A stretch of DNA of 64,000 nt from Alphaproteobacteria bacterium (GCA_963555825.3 CAUVXB020000002.1:3072001-3136000); one strand, 5' to 3'. Positions 47,205 to 57,768 are shown, counted from the first letter of the stretch. Numbers and translations: made by a program. The notes: generated by a model from the sequence alone, not told the origin.

Positions 47205-47966
47205 ATGGCTGATCTCTTCTCACTCGACGGCAAGGTCGCGATGATCACCGGCGCCTCGCGCGGTCTCGGCTGGGCGATGGCGCGCGCCATGGCCGAGGCC
47301 GGCGCCCATGTCGTGATTAACGGACGGGATAGCAAAACCGTCGATGTCCGCGTCGCCGAGCTTGCCGACGACGGGCTCGCCGCCTCGGCCGCGCCTTTCG
47401 ATGTTACCGGCGCGAATGCGCCGGACGCGGTCGCTGGCGTTGCCGCGCGGTTGGGCCGGCTCGACGTCTTCGTCGCCAACGCCGGCATCGTCCGCCGCGG
47501 CGCGCTCGACGACGTGACGATCGACGACTGGCAGCGCATCATCGACACCAACCTGACGGCCGCCTTCACGCTGGCCCACGCGGCATCGCGCGCGATGGTC
47601 GAACAAGGCTCGGGCACGATCATCATGATGGGCTCGATCATGGGTGTCATCGCGCGCACCGGTGTGCCCGCCTATGTCGCATCGAAGGGCGGCATCGCCT
47701 CGCTGACGCGCGCGCTGGCGGTCGAGCTCGGACCAAAGGGGGTGACCTGCAACGCCATCGCGCCGGGCTACATCTCGACCGACATGACCGCCGACGCCGA
47801 GGCCATCCCGGAATTCGACGAATTGATCAAGCGGCGCACGCCGCTCGGCCGCTGGGGCCGGGCCGAAGAGATCGCGAGCGTCGCGGTGTTCCTGGCCTCG
47901 CCCGCCGCGTCCTACGTCAACGGCCACGTGCTGACCGCCGACGGCGGCCTGACCGCTGCCCTCTAA
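47205..47966 (+). CDS. SDR oxidoreductase (gluconate 5-dehydrogenase-like)
   Basis: TGASRGLG, NAG, YVASKGG, RTPLGRWG. Confidence 0.9.
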   Translation: MADLFSLDGKVAMITGASRGLGWAMARAMAEAGAHVVINGRDSKTVDVRVAELADDGLAASAAPFDVTGANAPDAVAGVAARLGRLDVFVANAGIVRRGALDDVTIDDWQRIIDTNLTAAFTLAHAASRAMVEQGSGTIIMMGSIMGVIARTGVPAYVASKGGIASLTRALAVELGPKGVTCNAIAPGYISTDMTADAEAIPEFDELIKRRTPLGRWGRAEEIASVAVFLASPAASYVNGHVLTADGGLTAAL

Positions 47967-48706
47967 CCCTTGCGGAATGCGACGGCGGCGATCCAGCCGG
48001 CGAACAGGGCGAGCAGGATGGCGGCCAGGCCGTAGAGCGCCGGCTGCGTGTGGGCGCGGTAGTTGACCTCGGCCTGGAAGCCGGTCTTGTTGACGAACAG
48101 CGGGATCGTCTCGGCGCTGACCTCCACACCGTCGCGGATCAGGAAAATCTGCGCCGTGTATGAGCCCTCGGCCACCTTCGCGGGGAAGTGCACCAGGGTG
48201 CGGAACAGCGTCTCGCCCGGGAACTCGATCTTGCCGACCTCGCCGGTGAACAGGCCGTCGCGCACGCGGTTACGGAGCAGCGCCGCGCGGAACGGCTCGA
48301 TCTCCTCATCGGGCCGCGCGTCCGCAGTGTCGAGCCGGATCGACGTCAGGCCGATCTGGTAGAGCCCCATGAACGAGGGCCGGACGATATCCTCGAGCGG
48401 GCGGTTCGCGGCGACGGCGTAGAACGCCGGCACGCCGGTGAACTCGACATCATCGACGTTGATCCACAGGCCGGCGACGCGGTCTTTGCGGCGCACCACG
48501 ACGCGCTCTTCGGGGCCGCGCACGACGATCACCACGTCGCCCTCGCCGTCGATCGCGCCGTAGAGCAGCACGTCGGCGCCGGTGAAGCCGGAATCGATGG
48601 TGATGCGGTGCTTGAACAGATCGGCGAGCAGGGGCTGGGCATTGACCGGCCCGGCGAGCGCGGCGAGCACCACGACGACGATTGCGAAGCTGAGACGCCG
48701 GGCCAT
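47963..48706 (-). CDS. TIGR02186-family membrane protein
   Basis: ITIDSGFTGADVLLYGAI, VRRKDRVAGLWIN, C-terminal TM; coupled to the tauE-like gene as is usual in Alphaproteobacteria. Confidence 0.85.
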   Translation of the reverse strand: MARRLSFAIVVVVLAALAGPVNAQPLLADLFKHRITIDSGFTGADVLLYGAIDGEGDVVIVVRGPEERVVVRRKDRVAGLWINVDDVEFTGVPAFYAVAANRPLEDIVRPSFMGLYQIGLTSIRLDTADARPDEEIEPFRAALLRNRVRDGLFTGEVGKIEFPGETLFRTLVHFPAKVAEGSYTAQIFLIRDGVEVSAETIPLFVNKTGFQAEVNYRAHTQPALYGLAAILLALFAGWIAAVAFRKG

Positions 48707-49632
48707 CAGTGCGCCACCAGCACGCCGATCGAGAACATATCGGCCGGCGTGCTCAGGAGGTCGTAGACCAGCTTGCCACAGACGCCCAACACCATCAGCG
48801 CCAACAGGCCGCGCATCTGCTCGCCCTTGAGATGGGCGCCCGCGCGGGTGCCGAATTGCGCGCCGATCACGCCGCCGGCGAGCAGCAGCAGCGCGAGCAC
48901 CACGTCGACGGTCTGGTTCTGCACCGACTGCAGGAAGGTGACGTTGGCGGTGACGAAGATGATCTGGAACAGCGAGGTGCCGACGACCACCGAGGTCGGC
49001 ATGCCCAGCAGATAGATCATCGCCGGCACCATGACGAAGCCGCCGCCGACGCCCATGATCGCCGCCAGCATGCCGACGACCAAGCCGACGCCGAGCGGCA
49101 GCAGCACGCTGATGTAAAGCTTCGAGCGCCGGAAGCGCATCTTGAAGGGCAGGCCGTGCACCCAGTAATGCTGGTGCAACCTGCGCCGGCCGCGCGTCCC
49201 GGCGGGGCGCCGGTCGCGCGCGATGGCGAGGCCGCTCTCGACCGCCATGAGCGCGCCAATGACGCCGAGGAAGACGACGTAGCAGAGCGAGATAACCAGC
49301 TCGATCTGGCCGAGCTCGCGCAGCACCGAGAACAGCGCGACGCCGAGCGTCGACCCGACGAAGCCGCCGACCATGAGCACCGAGCCCATCTTGAAGTCGA
49401 CGTTGCCGCGCCGCCAATGCGCCATGACGCCGGAGACCGAGGCGGCGACGATCTGGTTCGCCTCGGTGCCGACCGCGACCGCCGGCGGCACGCCCATGAA
49501 GATCAGCAGCGGCGTCATCAGGAAGCCACCGCCGACGCCGAACAGTCCAGAGAGAAAACCGACACCACCGCCCATTCCCAGCAACAGGAAAATATTTGCC
49601 GACATCTCGGCTATGGGCAGGTAGATATGCAT
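48706..49632 (-). CDS. TauE/SafE-family (sulfite exporter-like) permease
   Basis: MHIYLPIAE, GLFGVGGGFLMTP, MGVGGGFVMVP, VVGTSLFQ. Confidence 0.9.
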   Translation of the reverse strand: MHIYLPIAEMSANIFLLLGMGGGVGFLSGLFGVGGGFLMTPLLIFMGVPPAVAVGTEANQIVAASVSGVMAHWRRGNVDFKMGSVLMVGGFVGSTLGVALFSVLRELGQIELVISLCYVVFLGVIGALMAVESGLAIARDRRPAGTRGRRRLHQHYWVHGLPFKMRFRRSKLYISVLLPLGVGLVVGMLAAIMGVGGGFVMVPAMIYLLGMPTSVVVGTSLFQIIFVTANVTFLQSVQNQTVDVVLALLLLAGGVIGAQFGTRAGAHLKGEQMRGLLALMVLGVCGKLVYDLLSTPADMFSIGVLVAH

Positions 49633-49849
49633 CAAGCCGGCGTGGCGCGGTGGTTACGAACCGGACAAATACCCATGATGCTTGTTTATGGGCCGGTCAA
49701 AATTGACGAACAAGTAAAAACCACGAGAATTGCTTATACACTAGTGATGCGTCCCTGTCGCGACATTGGTGTGACCGTCTAGCGGCGCCGTCGACCGAAG
49801 CCGAATTCGTGTCCCGTTTCAATGAGTCATGACGCGCGAGGCGCGCCGA

Positions 49850-50809
49850 TCACGCGTTCGGCGCGCCATAATAAAGCATCACGCTATGCTTGGCCTCGGC
49901 GAAGAACAGCCAGCGCTCGACGACGGCGCCCAGGCTGCCGGCAGCGGCCGCCAAAAGCGCGCACAGCACGACGCCCCAGTCAGCGTCGAACGCCAGCGCG
50001 GCGACGATCAGGACGATCGGCGCGGCGATGCCGACGAGCATCACCGTATGGCGCAGCCTGTCGGCATGTCGGCGCGCGACGACGTACCCCATCTCCTTTT
50101 GAATGTAGTTCTCGGCGGTGTGCGGCGCATCGAGCAGGCGCACCGTCCCGAGACCACCGAGGCCGGTCGCCGATTCCGGGGTCGGACCGCCGGCGTCCCT
50201 GTCGATCGAAAACCAGTAGGCGATCTTGACCAGGCCGGCGGCGGCCAACGCCGCGACGACCAGCCAGCTGAGCGCGAAATGGCCGCCGCCAAACGCGACG
50301 ACCAGAAGGTTGAGCCACAAGAGGCCGGTCGCCAGGCCGAGCAACAGATAGCCGGGCAGCACCCAGCCGTTCGACCAGCGCCGGATCGTCCCGAGGCTGA
50401 CGTAGATCATCGCCGTCGACGCGACGGTGGCGGCGCACATGACGAGCGTGGCGAGCGCGAGCACCAGAGCGGCGCCGTCGAGGTCGCCGCCGGGCGCCGC
50501 GAACAGACGGTCGAGCGCGAACAGGCCGGCGACGGGATAGGTCAGCAGGGCGGCGACGCCCTCGCGCGATAGCCAGCTCGAGCGCCATTGCGACAGCGCG
50601 CGCCAGGCGCGTTCGGGGTGTCCCAGATGCGCGGTCGACGCCAGCAGGCCAAAGGTCACCATGGCGAAGGCGAGGCCCGCGCCGCCAAGCCAGAAGGCCA
50701 GATCTTCGGGCAGGCCGCCGATCAGGGTGAACAGCGCCAACCCGAACAGCAGGCCGTAGCCGGCACCCGAGGCGGTGGTGAAGGCGATGACGGAATAGGC
50801 CGGGTGCAT
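49850..50809 (-). CDS. soeC: Sulfite:quinone oxidoreductase membrane anchor (DmsC/NrfD-like)
   Basis: MHPAYSVIAFTTASGAGYG, HLGHPERAWRALSQWRSSWLSREG, ERWLFFAEAKH. Confidence 0.88.
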   Translation of the reverse strand: MHPAYSVIAFTTASGAGYGLLFGLALFTLIGGLPEDLAFWLGGAGLAFAMVTFGLLASTAHLGHPERAWRALSQWRSSWLSREGVAALLTYPVAGLFALDRLFAAPGGDLDGAALVLALATLVMCAATVASTAMIYVSLGTIRRWSNGWVLPGYLLLGLATGLLWLNLLVVAFGGGHFALSWLVVAALAAAGLVKIAYWFSIDRDAGGPTPESATGLGGLGTVRLLDAPHTAENYIQKEMGYVVARRHADRLRHTVMLVGIAAPIVLIVAALAFDADWGVVLCALLAAAAGSLGAVVERWLFFAEAKHSVMLYYGAPNA

Positions 50810-50826
50810 GGTGGGCGCCTAACCGG

Positions 50827-51570
50827 TCAACGCGAGAACAGGCGATCGACCCACTGCAGGAACTTGCCCTCGGGCGTGCCCACCGGGTCCAGCGCGGCGA
50901 GCGGCGCGACCTCGCCGGCGGCCTTGTTCATGGCGCGCGGCGGCAGGTATTTGTTGGTCGGCTTGTAACCCATCTCGGGCATCAGGTCGTAGCCGCCGCG
51001 CTCGGCGACCAGCTTGGAGACGGCCGAATCGGGATCGGCCAGATCGCCGAAATGGCGCGCCGAGACCGGACAGGTGCTGACGCAGGCGGGCACGCGCTCG
51101 ACCTCGGCCAGGTTCTCGTTGTAGATGCGATCGATGCACAGCGTGCATTTCTTCATGACGCCGTCGTCGGCGTCGTACTCGCGCGCGCCGTAGGGGCAGG
51201 CCCAGGAGCACAGCTTGCAGCCGATGCACTTGTCCTCGTCGACCAGCACGATGCCGTCCTCGGCGCGCTTGTACGAGGCGCCGGTCGGGCAGACGGTGAC
51301 GCAGGCGGGCTCTTCGCAGTGCAGGCAGGAGCGCGGGAAATGCACGGTGCGGCTCTGCGCGCCGGTGCCCGCCTCGAAGGTATGGACGCGGTTGAACCAG
51401 ACGCCGCTCGGGTCCTTGCCGTAGGGGTTGTCGTCGGGCAACGGCGCGGCGTGGCCACCCGAGTTCCACTGCTTGCAGTTGATCGCGCAGGCGTGGCAGC
51501 CGACGCAGATGTCGAGATCGATGACCAGCCCGAGCGCCTTGTCGCCGCGGTTTTTCGGCAGACTGGTCAT
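50827..51570 (-). CDS. soeB: Sulfite:quinone oxidoreductase Fe-S subunit
   Basis: LGLVIDLDICVGCHAC, CLHCEEPACVTVCPTG, CIGCKLCSWACPYG, KCTLC. Confidence 0.9.
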   Translation of the reverse strand: MTSLPKNRGDKALGLVIDLDICVGCHACAINCKQWNSGGHAAPLPDDNPYGKDPSGVWFNRVHTFEAGTGAQSRTVHFPRSCLHCEEPACVTVCPTGASYKRAEDGIVLVDEDKCIGCKLCSWACPYGAREYDADDGVMKKCTLCIDRIYNENLAEVERVPACVSTCPVSARHFGDLADPDSAVSKLVAERGGYDLMPEMGYKPTNKYLPPRAMNKAAGEVAPLAALDPVGTPEGKFLQWVDRLFSR

Positions 51571-54452
51571 GTCGTTTGCCCGCCGCCGCGCTGCCGGAAA
51601 TGCTTGCCGTAGCGCAGGATGTCGGGCCGCTTCGCCAGGCCGTCCGGCGGCGTCATGACGTCGAACTGCGGCGCGCTCATGGCGTTCTCGGCCGCCTCGG
51701 CCGCCTCCGCGGGCTCGATGCGCACGCGCAGGTCGAACCACGAGGCCTGGCCGGTCACCGGATCCGAGTTCGAATAGCGGTAGCCGTCGTCGCGCTCGGG
51801 CAACAGTTCGGAGATGACGTGATTGAGCAGGAAGCCCTGGGTGCCCTCGGCGGCGTCGGGCGCGAGGTTCCACGCGCCGCGCCGTTTGCCGATCGCGTTC
51901 CAGGTCCACACCGTGTCGGGATTGACGCCCTCCATCAGCTTGACCCGGCCCTTGACGCGGCCGTGGTGGCTGATGACCCAGACCCAGTCGTCGTCGGCGA
52001 TGCCGAGCGTCTCGGCGGTGACGCGGTTGATGTAGAGCCGGTTGTAACCATGGATCTGGCGCTGCCAGGCGTTGTGCGAGCCCCAGCTGTGGTACATCGC
52101 CATCGGCCGCTGGGTCAGCGCGTGCAGCGGATAGCGCGCGGTGTCGACGGCGGCCTCCTCGAACGGCGTGTACCAGATCGGCAGCGGGTCGAAATAGGTC
52201 TCGACGCGTTCGCGGTGCTCCTCGGGCGGCTGGACCGGCCCGTGACCGCGCGCGGCGAGCCGAAACTTCTGCAGCACCTCTGAGTAGATCTGCATGATCA
52301 CGGGTTCGGCGCTCGGAATGAAACCCATGCGCGCGGCGTAATCGAGATAGCCGCGATTGGCGAATTTGAAATAGCGCTGGTCGTCGGGCAACGCGTCGCG
52401 CCAGAAGCCGCCGTTCTCGATATAGCGATCGAGCTGCGCGGGGTTGGGCGCGCCGTGTCCCTTCTCGGTGCCGTCGGCGCCGCGCCAGCCGGCCAGCGTG
52501 CCGACGCCGGGTCTGCGCTCGTGGTTGACGATGTAGTCGGCATAGCCGCCCGGGAAGCGCGGCGTGCCGTCGTCGGCGGTCATGCCGGGCAGGCCGAGCC
52601 GTGCGCCGATGTCGAGCAGCACGTCCTGGAACGGCCGCACGTCGCGGTCCGGCGCGACGATCGGGTGGCGGATCGCATCGGCCGGCCCGTCGGCGCTCGA
52701 GATCGGCCGGTCGAGAAGCGAGATCGCGTCGTAGCGCTCGAGATAGGTGGTGTCGGGCAGCACCAGGTCGGCATAGCCGACCGTCTCGGAGAAGAAGGCG
52801 TCGGCGTAGATGATATGCGGAATGCGATAGTCGCCGGTCGCCGGGTCGATGTCGGTCAGCATGTCGATGACGCCGACCGTGTTCATGGTCGAGTTCCAGC
52901 TCATGTTGGCCATGAACATGAACAGCGTGTCGATCGGATAGGGATCGCCGTTCCAGGCGTTGGTGATGACCATGTGCATCAGGCCGTGGGCCGACATCGG
53001 CGCCTCCCACGAGAACGCCTTGTCGATGCGCATCGGCCGGCCGTCATCGTCGAGCAGTAGGTCCTCGGGCCCGGTCACGAAACCGAGCGGCGCGCCGGCC
53101 AGCGGCTGGCCGGGCTTGACGTCGGCCGGCTTGCCGGCGGGCGCGGGCGCCGGCGGGATGGGACGCGGGAAGGGCGGCTTGTAGCGGAAGCCGCCCGGGC
53201 AGTCGAGACTGCCCAGCAGCATCTGCAACAGGTGTAGCGCGCGGCAGGTGTGGAAGCCGTTCGAATGGGCCGAAATGCCGCGCATGGCGTGGAACGAGAC
53301 CGGCCGGCCGATCATCTTGTCGTGCCGGCGGCCCGCCCAGTCGGTCCAGGCGACGTCGAGCACGACCTCCTCTTCGAACGCGGCGTGCGCCAGCTCGGCG
53401 GCGATGCGCCGGATCGTCGCCGCCGGCACGCCGATCTCGGGCGCCACCGCCCCGGCGTCGTAGCGCGCGTCGAGATAGCGTTTGGCGAGCAGCTCGAAGA
53501 CCGGCACGGCGGTTCGGCCATCGGCCAGCTCGACCGCGCCGACCAGCGCCGGCGTGACGTCGGCGGCCAGCGCGTTGGCAAAGGCCTTGTCGCGGCCGTC
53601 CCAGCACAGCAGGTTGCCGTCGGCGTCGCGCGCGAACAGGCCGTCGTCGGGCGCGCCCGGATCCTGGATGACCAGCCAGGGCGCGTTGGTGTAGCGCGCC
53701 AGGAAGGCGAAATCGACCTTGTCGGCGAGCAGCAGCTCGCGGATCAGTGCGAAGATCAGCAGTCCGTCGGTGCCCGGCCGCACGCCGAGCCATTCGTCGG
53801 CGATCGCCGAATAGCCGGTCTTGATCGGGTTGACGCCGACGAACTTGGCGCCGTTGCCCTTGAGCACGCCGAGGCCGATCTTGATCGGGTTCGAATCGTG
53901 GTCTTCGGCGCAGCCGAACATCATGAAATAGCGCGTCAGCTCCCAGTCGGGCTCGCCGAACTCCCAGAACGAGCCGCCAATCGTATACAGCCCGCCGGCC
54001 GCCATGTTGACCGAGCAGAAGCCGCCGTGCGCGGCGTAGTTGGGCGTGCCGAACTGGGTCGCCCACCAGCCGGTCAGCGCCTGACTCTGGTCGCGTCCGG
54101 TGAAGAAGGCGAGTTTGCGCGGGTCGCTGTCACGGACCGCGCCGAGCCAGCCGACCGCGATCTCGAGCGCCTCGTCCCACTCGATCTCGGCGAACTCACC
54201 GGCGCCGCGCGGACCGACTCGCTTCAAGGGCTTGGTCAGCCGCGCCGGCGAGGTCTGGGTCATGATGCCGGCGGTGCCCTTGGCGCACAGGACGCCGCGG
54301 TTGACCGGGTGATCCCTGTTGCCCTCGATGTAGCGAATCGCGCCGTCCCGCAAATGCACCTTGATGCCACAGCGGCAGGCGCACTGATAACAGGTCGTGA
54401 ATTTGACCTCGTCGGCGATCATCGGCGAGGTATCGATGATTGGTTCGGCCAC
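51567..54452 (-). CDS. soeA: Sulfite:quinone oxidoreductase molybdopterin subunit
   Basis: TTCYQCACRCGI, FFTGRDQSQ, AAHGGFCSVN, MRGISAHSNGF, MYHSWGS; no Tat signal; followed by soeBC. Confidence 0.9.
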   Translation of the reverse strand: MAEPIIDTSPMIADEVKFTTCYQCACRCGIKVHLRDGAIRYIEGNRDHPVNRGVLCAKGTAGIMTQTSPARLTKPLKRVGPRGAGEFAEIEWDEALEIAVGWLGAVRDSDPRKLAFFTGRDQSQALTGWWATQFGTPNYAAHGGFCSVNMAAGGLYTIGGSFWEFGEPDWELTRYFMMFGCAEDHDSNPIKIGLGVLKGNGAKFVGVNPIKTGYSAIADEWLGVRPGTDGLLIFALIRELLLADKVDFAFLARYTNAPWLVIQDPGAPDDGLFARDADGNLLCWDGRDKAFANALAADVTPALVGAVELADGRTAVPVFELLAKRYLDARYDAGAVAPEIGVPAATIRRIAAELAHAAFEEEVVLDVAWTDWAGRRHDKMIGRPVSFHAMRGISAHSNGFHTCRALHLLQMLLGSLDCPGGFRYKPPFPRPIPPAPAPAGKPADVKPGQPLAGAPLGFVTGPEDLLLDDDGRPMRIDKAFSWEAPMSAHGLMHMVITNAWNGDPYPIDTLFMFMANMSWNSTMNTVGVIDMLTDIDPATGDYRIPHIIYADAFFSETVGYADLVLPDTTYLERYDAISLLDRPISSADGPADAIRHPIVAPDRDVRPFQDVLLDIGARLGLPGMTADDGTPRFPGGYADYIVNHERRPGVGTLAGWRGADGTEKGHGAPNPAQLDRYIENGGFWRDALPDDQRYFKFANRGYLDYAARMGFIPSAEPVIMQIYSEVLQKFRLAARGHGPVQPPEEHRERVETYFDPLPIWYTPFEEAAVDTARYPLHALTQRPMAMYHSWGSHNAWQRQIHGYNRLYINRVTAETLGIADDDWVWVISHHGRVKGRVKLMEGVNPDTVWTWNAIGKRRGAWNLAPDAAEGTQGFLLNHVISELLPERDDGYRYSNSDPVTGQASWFDLRVRIEPAEAAEAAENAMSAPQFDVMTPPDGLAKRPDILRYGKHFRQRGGGQTT

Positions 54453-54528
54453 CCTGCCCCCTGACGCTCTATTTACGTCACGCCGACCCGCAAGCCACGG
54501 TTCGGGCAACGGCGGCGAGACCGGCGAG

Positions 54529-54541
54529 GTATACTGTCACC
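54529..54541 (-). repeat. Single GGTGACAGTATAC unit
   Basis: 13-mer identical to 33631-33643, in the opposite orientation. Confidence 0.5.
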
Positions 54542-54762
54542 TCAATCGGGTGCCGGACGCCGCCGGCGTGCGACGACGCCCGGCGGGTCACGGCCACAAC
54601 GCGTTAACGTTGTGCCCGTCCCCCGACCGGCGAATTTAATGGGTTCAGGCATGGAAGCCAAGCGGCTGTTCGAATTGGTCGCGGCGGTGCCGAATAGCGC
54701 TTGTCGCACCGCTTTTCGCGGGCGTACAGTCGGTCCGCGAGGACGGTTTAACGGAGGCCGCG

Positions 54763-55815
54763 ATGCCGCTACTGACGACGACAATAGGTGCCTACCCGAA
54801 GCCCGACTACGTCGAGATACCCGATTGGTTTCGTGAAGGCGGGCCGGGCGCGGGCGACCCGACGACCAAATACACCGAGTTCATGCGCGAGGCCGATGAA
54901 GACCTCGAGGAAAAACTGGTGCGCGGCGCCGAGCAGGTCGTGCGCGATCAGGTCGAGGCCGGCATCGATGTGCCGACCGACGGCGAGATCCGGCGCGACG
55001 ACTACATCCACTATCACTGCCGCCACCTCGACGGCATCGACTTCGAGAGCCTGACCGAGAAGGCCATGCGCACCGGCGCCTGGACCGCCCGGGTGCCGAC
55101 CATTATCGGACCGATTCGGGCGCGTGAGCACTTCCTGCCGGACGAATGGCGCATCGTCCAGGCGATGACCGACAAACCGGTCAAGGTCACCGTGCCGGGG
55201 CCGATGACCGTCACCGACTCTATCGCCGACGACTACTACGGCGACGAGAGCAAGGTCGGCATCGACGTCGCCGCGGCGCTCAACGCCGAGATCCGCGCGC
55301 TTGCCGAGGCGGGCTGCCGCTGGATCCAGGTCGACGAGCCGCTGTTCGCGCGCTGGCCCGACAAGGCGCTGGCCTACGGCATGGACAACCTCGAGCGCTG
55401 CTTCCACGGCGTGCCCGACACGGTGACCCGCGCCATGCACATGTGCTGCGGGTACCCTGAGAAGCTCGACCAGCCCGACTATCTCAAGGCCGACCGGGAC
55501 GCCTATTTCACGCTTGCCGACGCGCTCGAGGAGACCTCGATCCAGGCCGTCTCGATCGAGGACGCGCACCGCCACAACGACTTGGCGCTGCTCGAGCGGT
55601 TCAAGACGATCCGCGTCATCTTCGGCGCGGTCGCCATCGCCCAGACGCGCATCGAGACGGTCGAGGAAATCGCCGGGCGGCTGACCGATGCGCTCGGCCA
55701 TATCGAGGCCGATCGCCTGATCGCGGCGCCCGACTGCGGCCTCGGCATGCTCGGCCGCGACATCGCTCGCGCCAAACTCGCCAACCTGTGCACCGCCGCC
55801 AAGTCGGTCGGCTGA
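54763..55815 (+). CDS. Short cobalamin-independent methionine synthase family protein (MetE C-terminal domain only)
   Basis: TTTIGAYPKP, TDGEIRR, IQVDEP; Zn ligands HMC..E..PDCG. Confidence 0.88.
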   Translation: MPLLTTTIGAYPKPDYVEIPDWFREGGPGAGDPTTKYTEFMREADEDLEEKLVRGAEQVVRDQVEAGIDVPTDGEIRRDDYIHYHCRHLDGIDFESLTEKAMRTGAWTARVPTIIGPIRAREHFLPDEWRIVQAMTDKPVKVTVPGPMTVTDSIADDYYGDESKVGIDVAAALNAEIRALAEAGCRWIQVDEPLFARWPDKALAYGMDNLERCFHGVPDTVTRAMHMCCGYPEKLDQPDYLKADRDAYFTLADALEETSIQAVSIEDAHRHNDLALLERFKTIRVIFGAVAIAQTRIETVEEIAGRLTDALGHIEADRLIAAPDCGLGMLGRDIARAKLANLCTAAKSVG

Positions 55816-55827
55816 CCAAGACGATTC

Positions 55828-55904
55828 ACCACAGAGACACAGAGGAAAACTTAACAAAAACAATAGCTTGTTTTTCACCCTCTGCGTCTCTGTGTCTCTG
55901 TGGT
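55828..55904. repeat. ACCACAGAGACACAGAG-type inverted-repeat element
   Basis: ACCACAGAGACACAGAG (55828-55844) and its exact reverse complement (55888-55904), plus an extra CTCTGCGT unit, with an AT-rich spacer. Confidence 0.85.
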
Positions 55905-55944
55905 TCAACGTTTCGTTTTCTTGATCAGACTAGGGTAGTAGGCC

Positions 55945-56265
55945 ATGATCATATCGACGACACCGTCGATCGGGGGCCGCCAGATCAAGAAATAACTGAA
56001 TATCGTCTCGGGCGATGCGGTGCTCGGCCGCAACACCATCATCCGCCTGTTCTTCACAATCGGTGACTTGGTCGGCGGCCGCGCCGGGCGCTACGAGAAG
56101 GAATTGAGGAGCACTCGCGAGGTGGCCATGGACGAGATGGTCGCCGAGGCGGTCGGACTCGGCGGCAACGCCGTCGTCGGCATCGATCTCGACGACAAGT
56201 TCATAGGCCAGACCAGCGACATGCTGATGGTCAGCATCAACGGCGCGGCCGTGGTGCTGGCGTAG
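55945..56265 (+). pseudogene. YbjQ/UPF0145-family gene with a nonsense codon
   Basis: MIISTTPSIGGRQIKK*LNIVSGDAVLG..DLVGGR..YEKEL..GGNAVVGIDLD; TAA at 55993-55995. Confidence 0.85.
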
Positions 56266-56274
56266 GCGCCGGCC

Positions 56275-57660
56275 TCAGTCGGTCCGCAGGTACCAGGCGT
56301 ATTCCAGCGCGGTCGGGCGCGCCAGGTATGCCGCCATCTCGCCCTGCTTCACCGCGTGGTAGAGCAGGCAGTATTCCGCGCCGAAATATTTCGGCAGAAT
56401 TTCCGCCGCCTTGAAGACGTCGAGCGCGTCGCGCCAGGTCGGCGGCAGCGCCGGCGGCACCTGCTCGTAGGCCGAGCCGGTGATCGGCGGACCGGGGTCG
56501 AGCGCGTTCTCGATGCCGTGGTGGATGCCGGCCAGCACGCTCGCCAGCGCCAGGTAGATGTTGGCGTCGGCGCCGGCGACGCGGTGCTCGATGCGTCGGT
56601 TGGCGCCCGAGCCGCCCGGGATGCGCATCGCCACGGTGCGGTTGTTGACGCCCCAGGTCGGCGCGTGCGGCGCGTAGGCGCCCGGCGCCAGGCGGCGGTA
56701 GCCATTGACGTTGGGCGCGAAGATCGCCATCGCCTCGGACATGGTCGCCGCCATGCCGCCGACCGCGTGGCGCAGCGCGGCGCTGCCCTCGGGCGCCTCG
56801 CCGTCCTGGAAGACGTTGCGGCCGGCCGCATCGAGCAGGCTGACGTGGAAATGCAGGCCGCTGCCCGACCGCTCGACGAACGGCTTCGAGATGAAGGTCG
56901 CCTCGACGCCGTGGCGCTTGGCCGTCGCCTTGATGACGCGTTGCAGCAGCACGCCGTGGTCGGCCGCGGCCAGCGGGTCGTCGGTGTGCACCAGGTTGAT
57001 CTCGTATTGGCTGGGCGCGAATTCGGCGCTCGCCGCCGCCGCGGGGATGTTCTGCGCGGCGCAGAACGCGGCGACCTCGGCGAACAGCTCGGCGAAGTCG
57101 TCGAGCTCGGCGATGCCGTAAACCTGCAGAGAATCGGCGCGCTGCCCGGTGCGCGGCATGATCGGCACCTGCGGCATGCCGTCGGCGGCGCGCTGGGCGT
57201 CGATCAGGTAGAACTCGAGCTCGACCGCGACGACCGGGGTCAGGCCGTCCTTGGCGAAGCGCTCGACGACGCCGGCCAACACGTGGCGCGGGTCGGCGAC
57301 GAACGGGCTGCCGTCCGGCTCGAAGGTCGTCAACAGCACCTGGCTGCTCGGCCGGCTGGCCCAGGGGATCGGCGCTAGCGTGCCGGGCACCGGCTTGAGC
57401 ACGTGGTCCGGGTCGCCGTCCGAGAAGCCGCGGCCGCCCGGGTCGCAGGAGCCGCCGGTGACGTCGAGCAGGTACGTCGTGCCGGGCAGCAGGAGCCCTT
57501 CGCCGTAGAGCTTCTTGGCGTCGGTGCGGCTCAGCCGCTTGCCGCGCAGGATGCCCGACAGGTCGGAGACGAAGGCGTCGATCACCGCGACGTCCGGATG
57601 ACGCGCGAGAAAATCGTCGAGTTCGGATTGTTGCGCCGGCGGCGCCACTTGATCATTCAT
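56275..57660 (-). CDS. Glutamine synthetase-like gamma-glutamyl-polyamine ligase (PuuA-like)
   Basis: DLSGILRGK, ELEFYL, EFAPSQYEINL, GSGLHFHVSL, WGVNNRT, RIEHRVAGADAN. Confidence 0.88.
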   Translation of the reverse strand: MNDQVAPPAQQSELDDFLARHPDVAVIDAFVSDLSGILRGKRLSRTDAKKLYGEGLLLPGTTYLLDVTGGSCDPGGRGFSDGDPDHVLKPVPGTLAPIPWASRPSSQVLLTTFEPDGSPFVADPRHVLAGVVERFAKDGLTPVVAVELEFYLIDAQRAADGMPQVPIMPRTGQRADSLQVYGIAELDDFAELFAEVAAFCAAQNIPAAAASAEFAPSQYEINLVHTDDPLAAADHGVLLQRVIKATAKRHGVEATFISKPFVERSGSGLHFHVSLLDAAGRNVFQDGEAPEGSAALRHAVGGMAATMSEAMAIFAPNVNGYRRLAPGAYAPHAPTWGVNNRTVAMRIPGGSGANRRIEHRVAGADANIYLALASVLAGIHHGIENALDPGPPITGSAYEQVPPALPPTWRDALDVFKAAEILPKYFGAEYCLLYHAVKQGEMAAYLARPTALEYAWYLRTD

Positions 57661-57768
57661 CTGCCACACCCCTTCGGCGCCGCGGGTCCGGCTTCACGCC
57701 TGTTCCCTTTCGGCCCGCGAGCCGTCATCATTCTTGCACTGATCCTTGGTGTAAATCGTACGGGAGAT

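Noticed and set aside
49741-49830. CTAG-bounded stretch with GTGTCCCG upstream of the tauE-like gene as another MITE
   Set aside because: No convincing terminal inverted repeats or second copy in the window.
54763-55815. Calling this metE
   Set aside because: Only the C-terminal catalytic barrel (350 aa) is present; the folate-binding half is absent.
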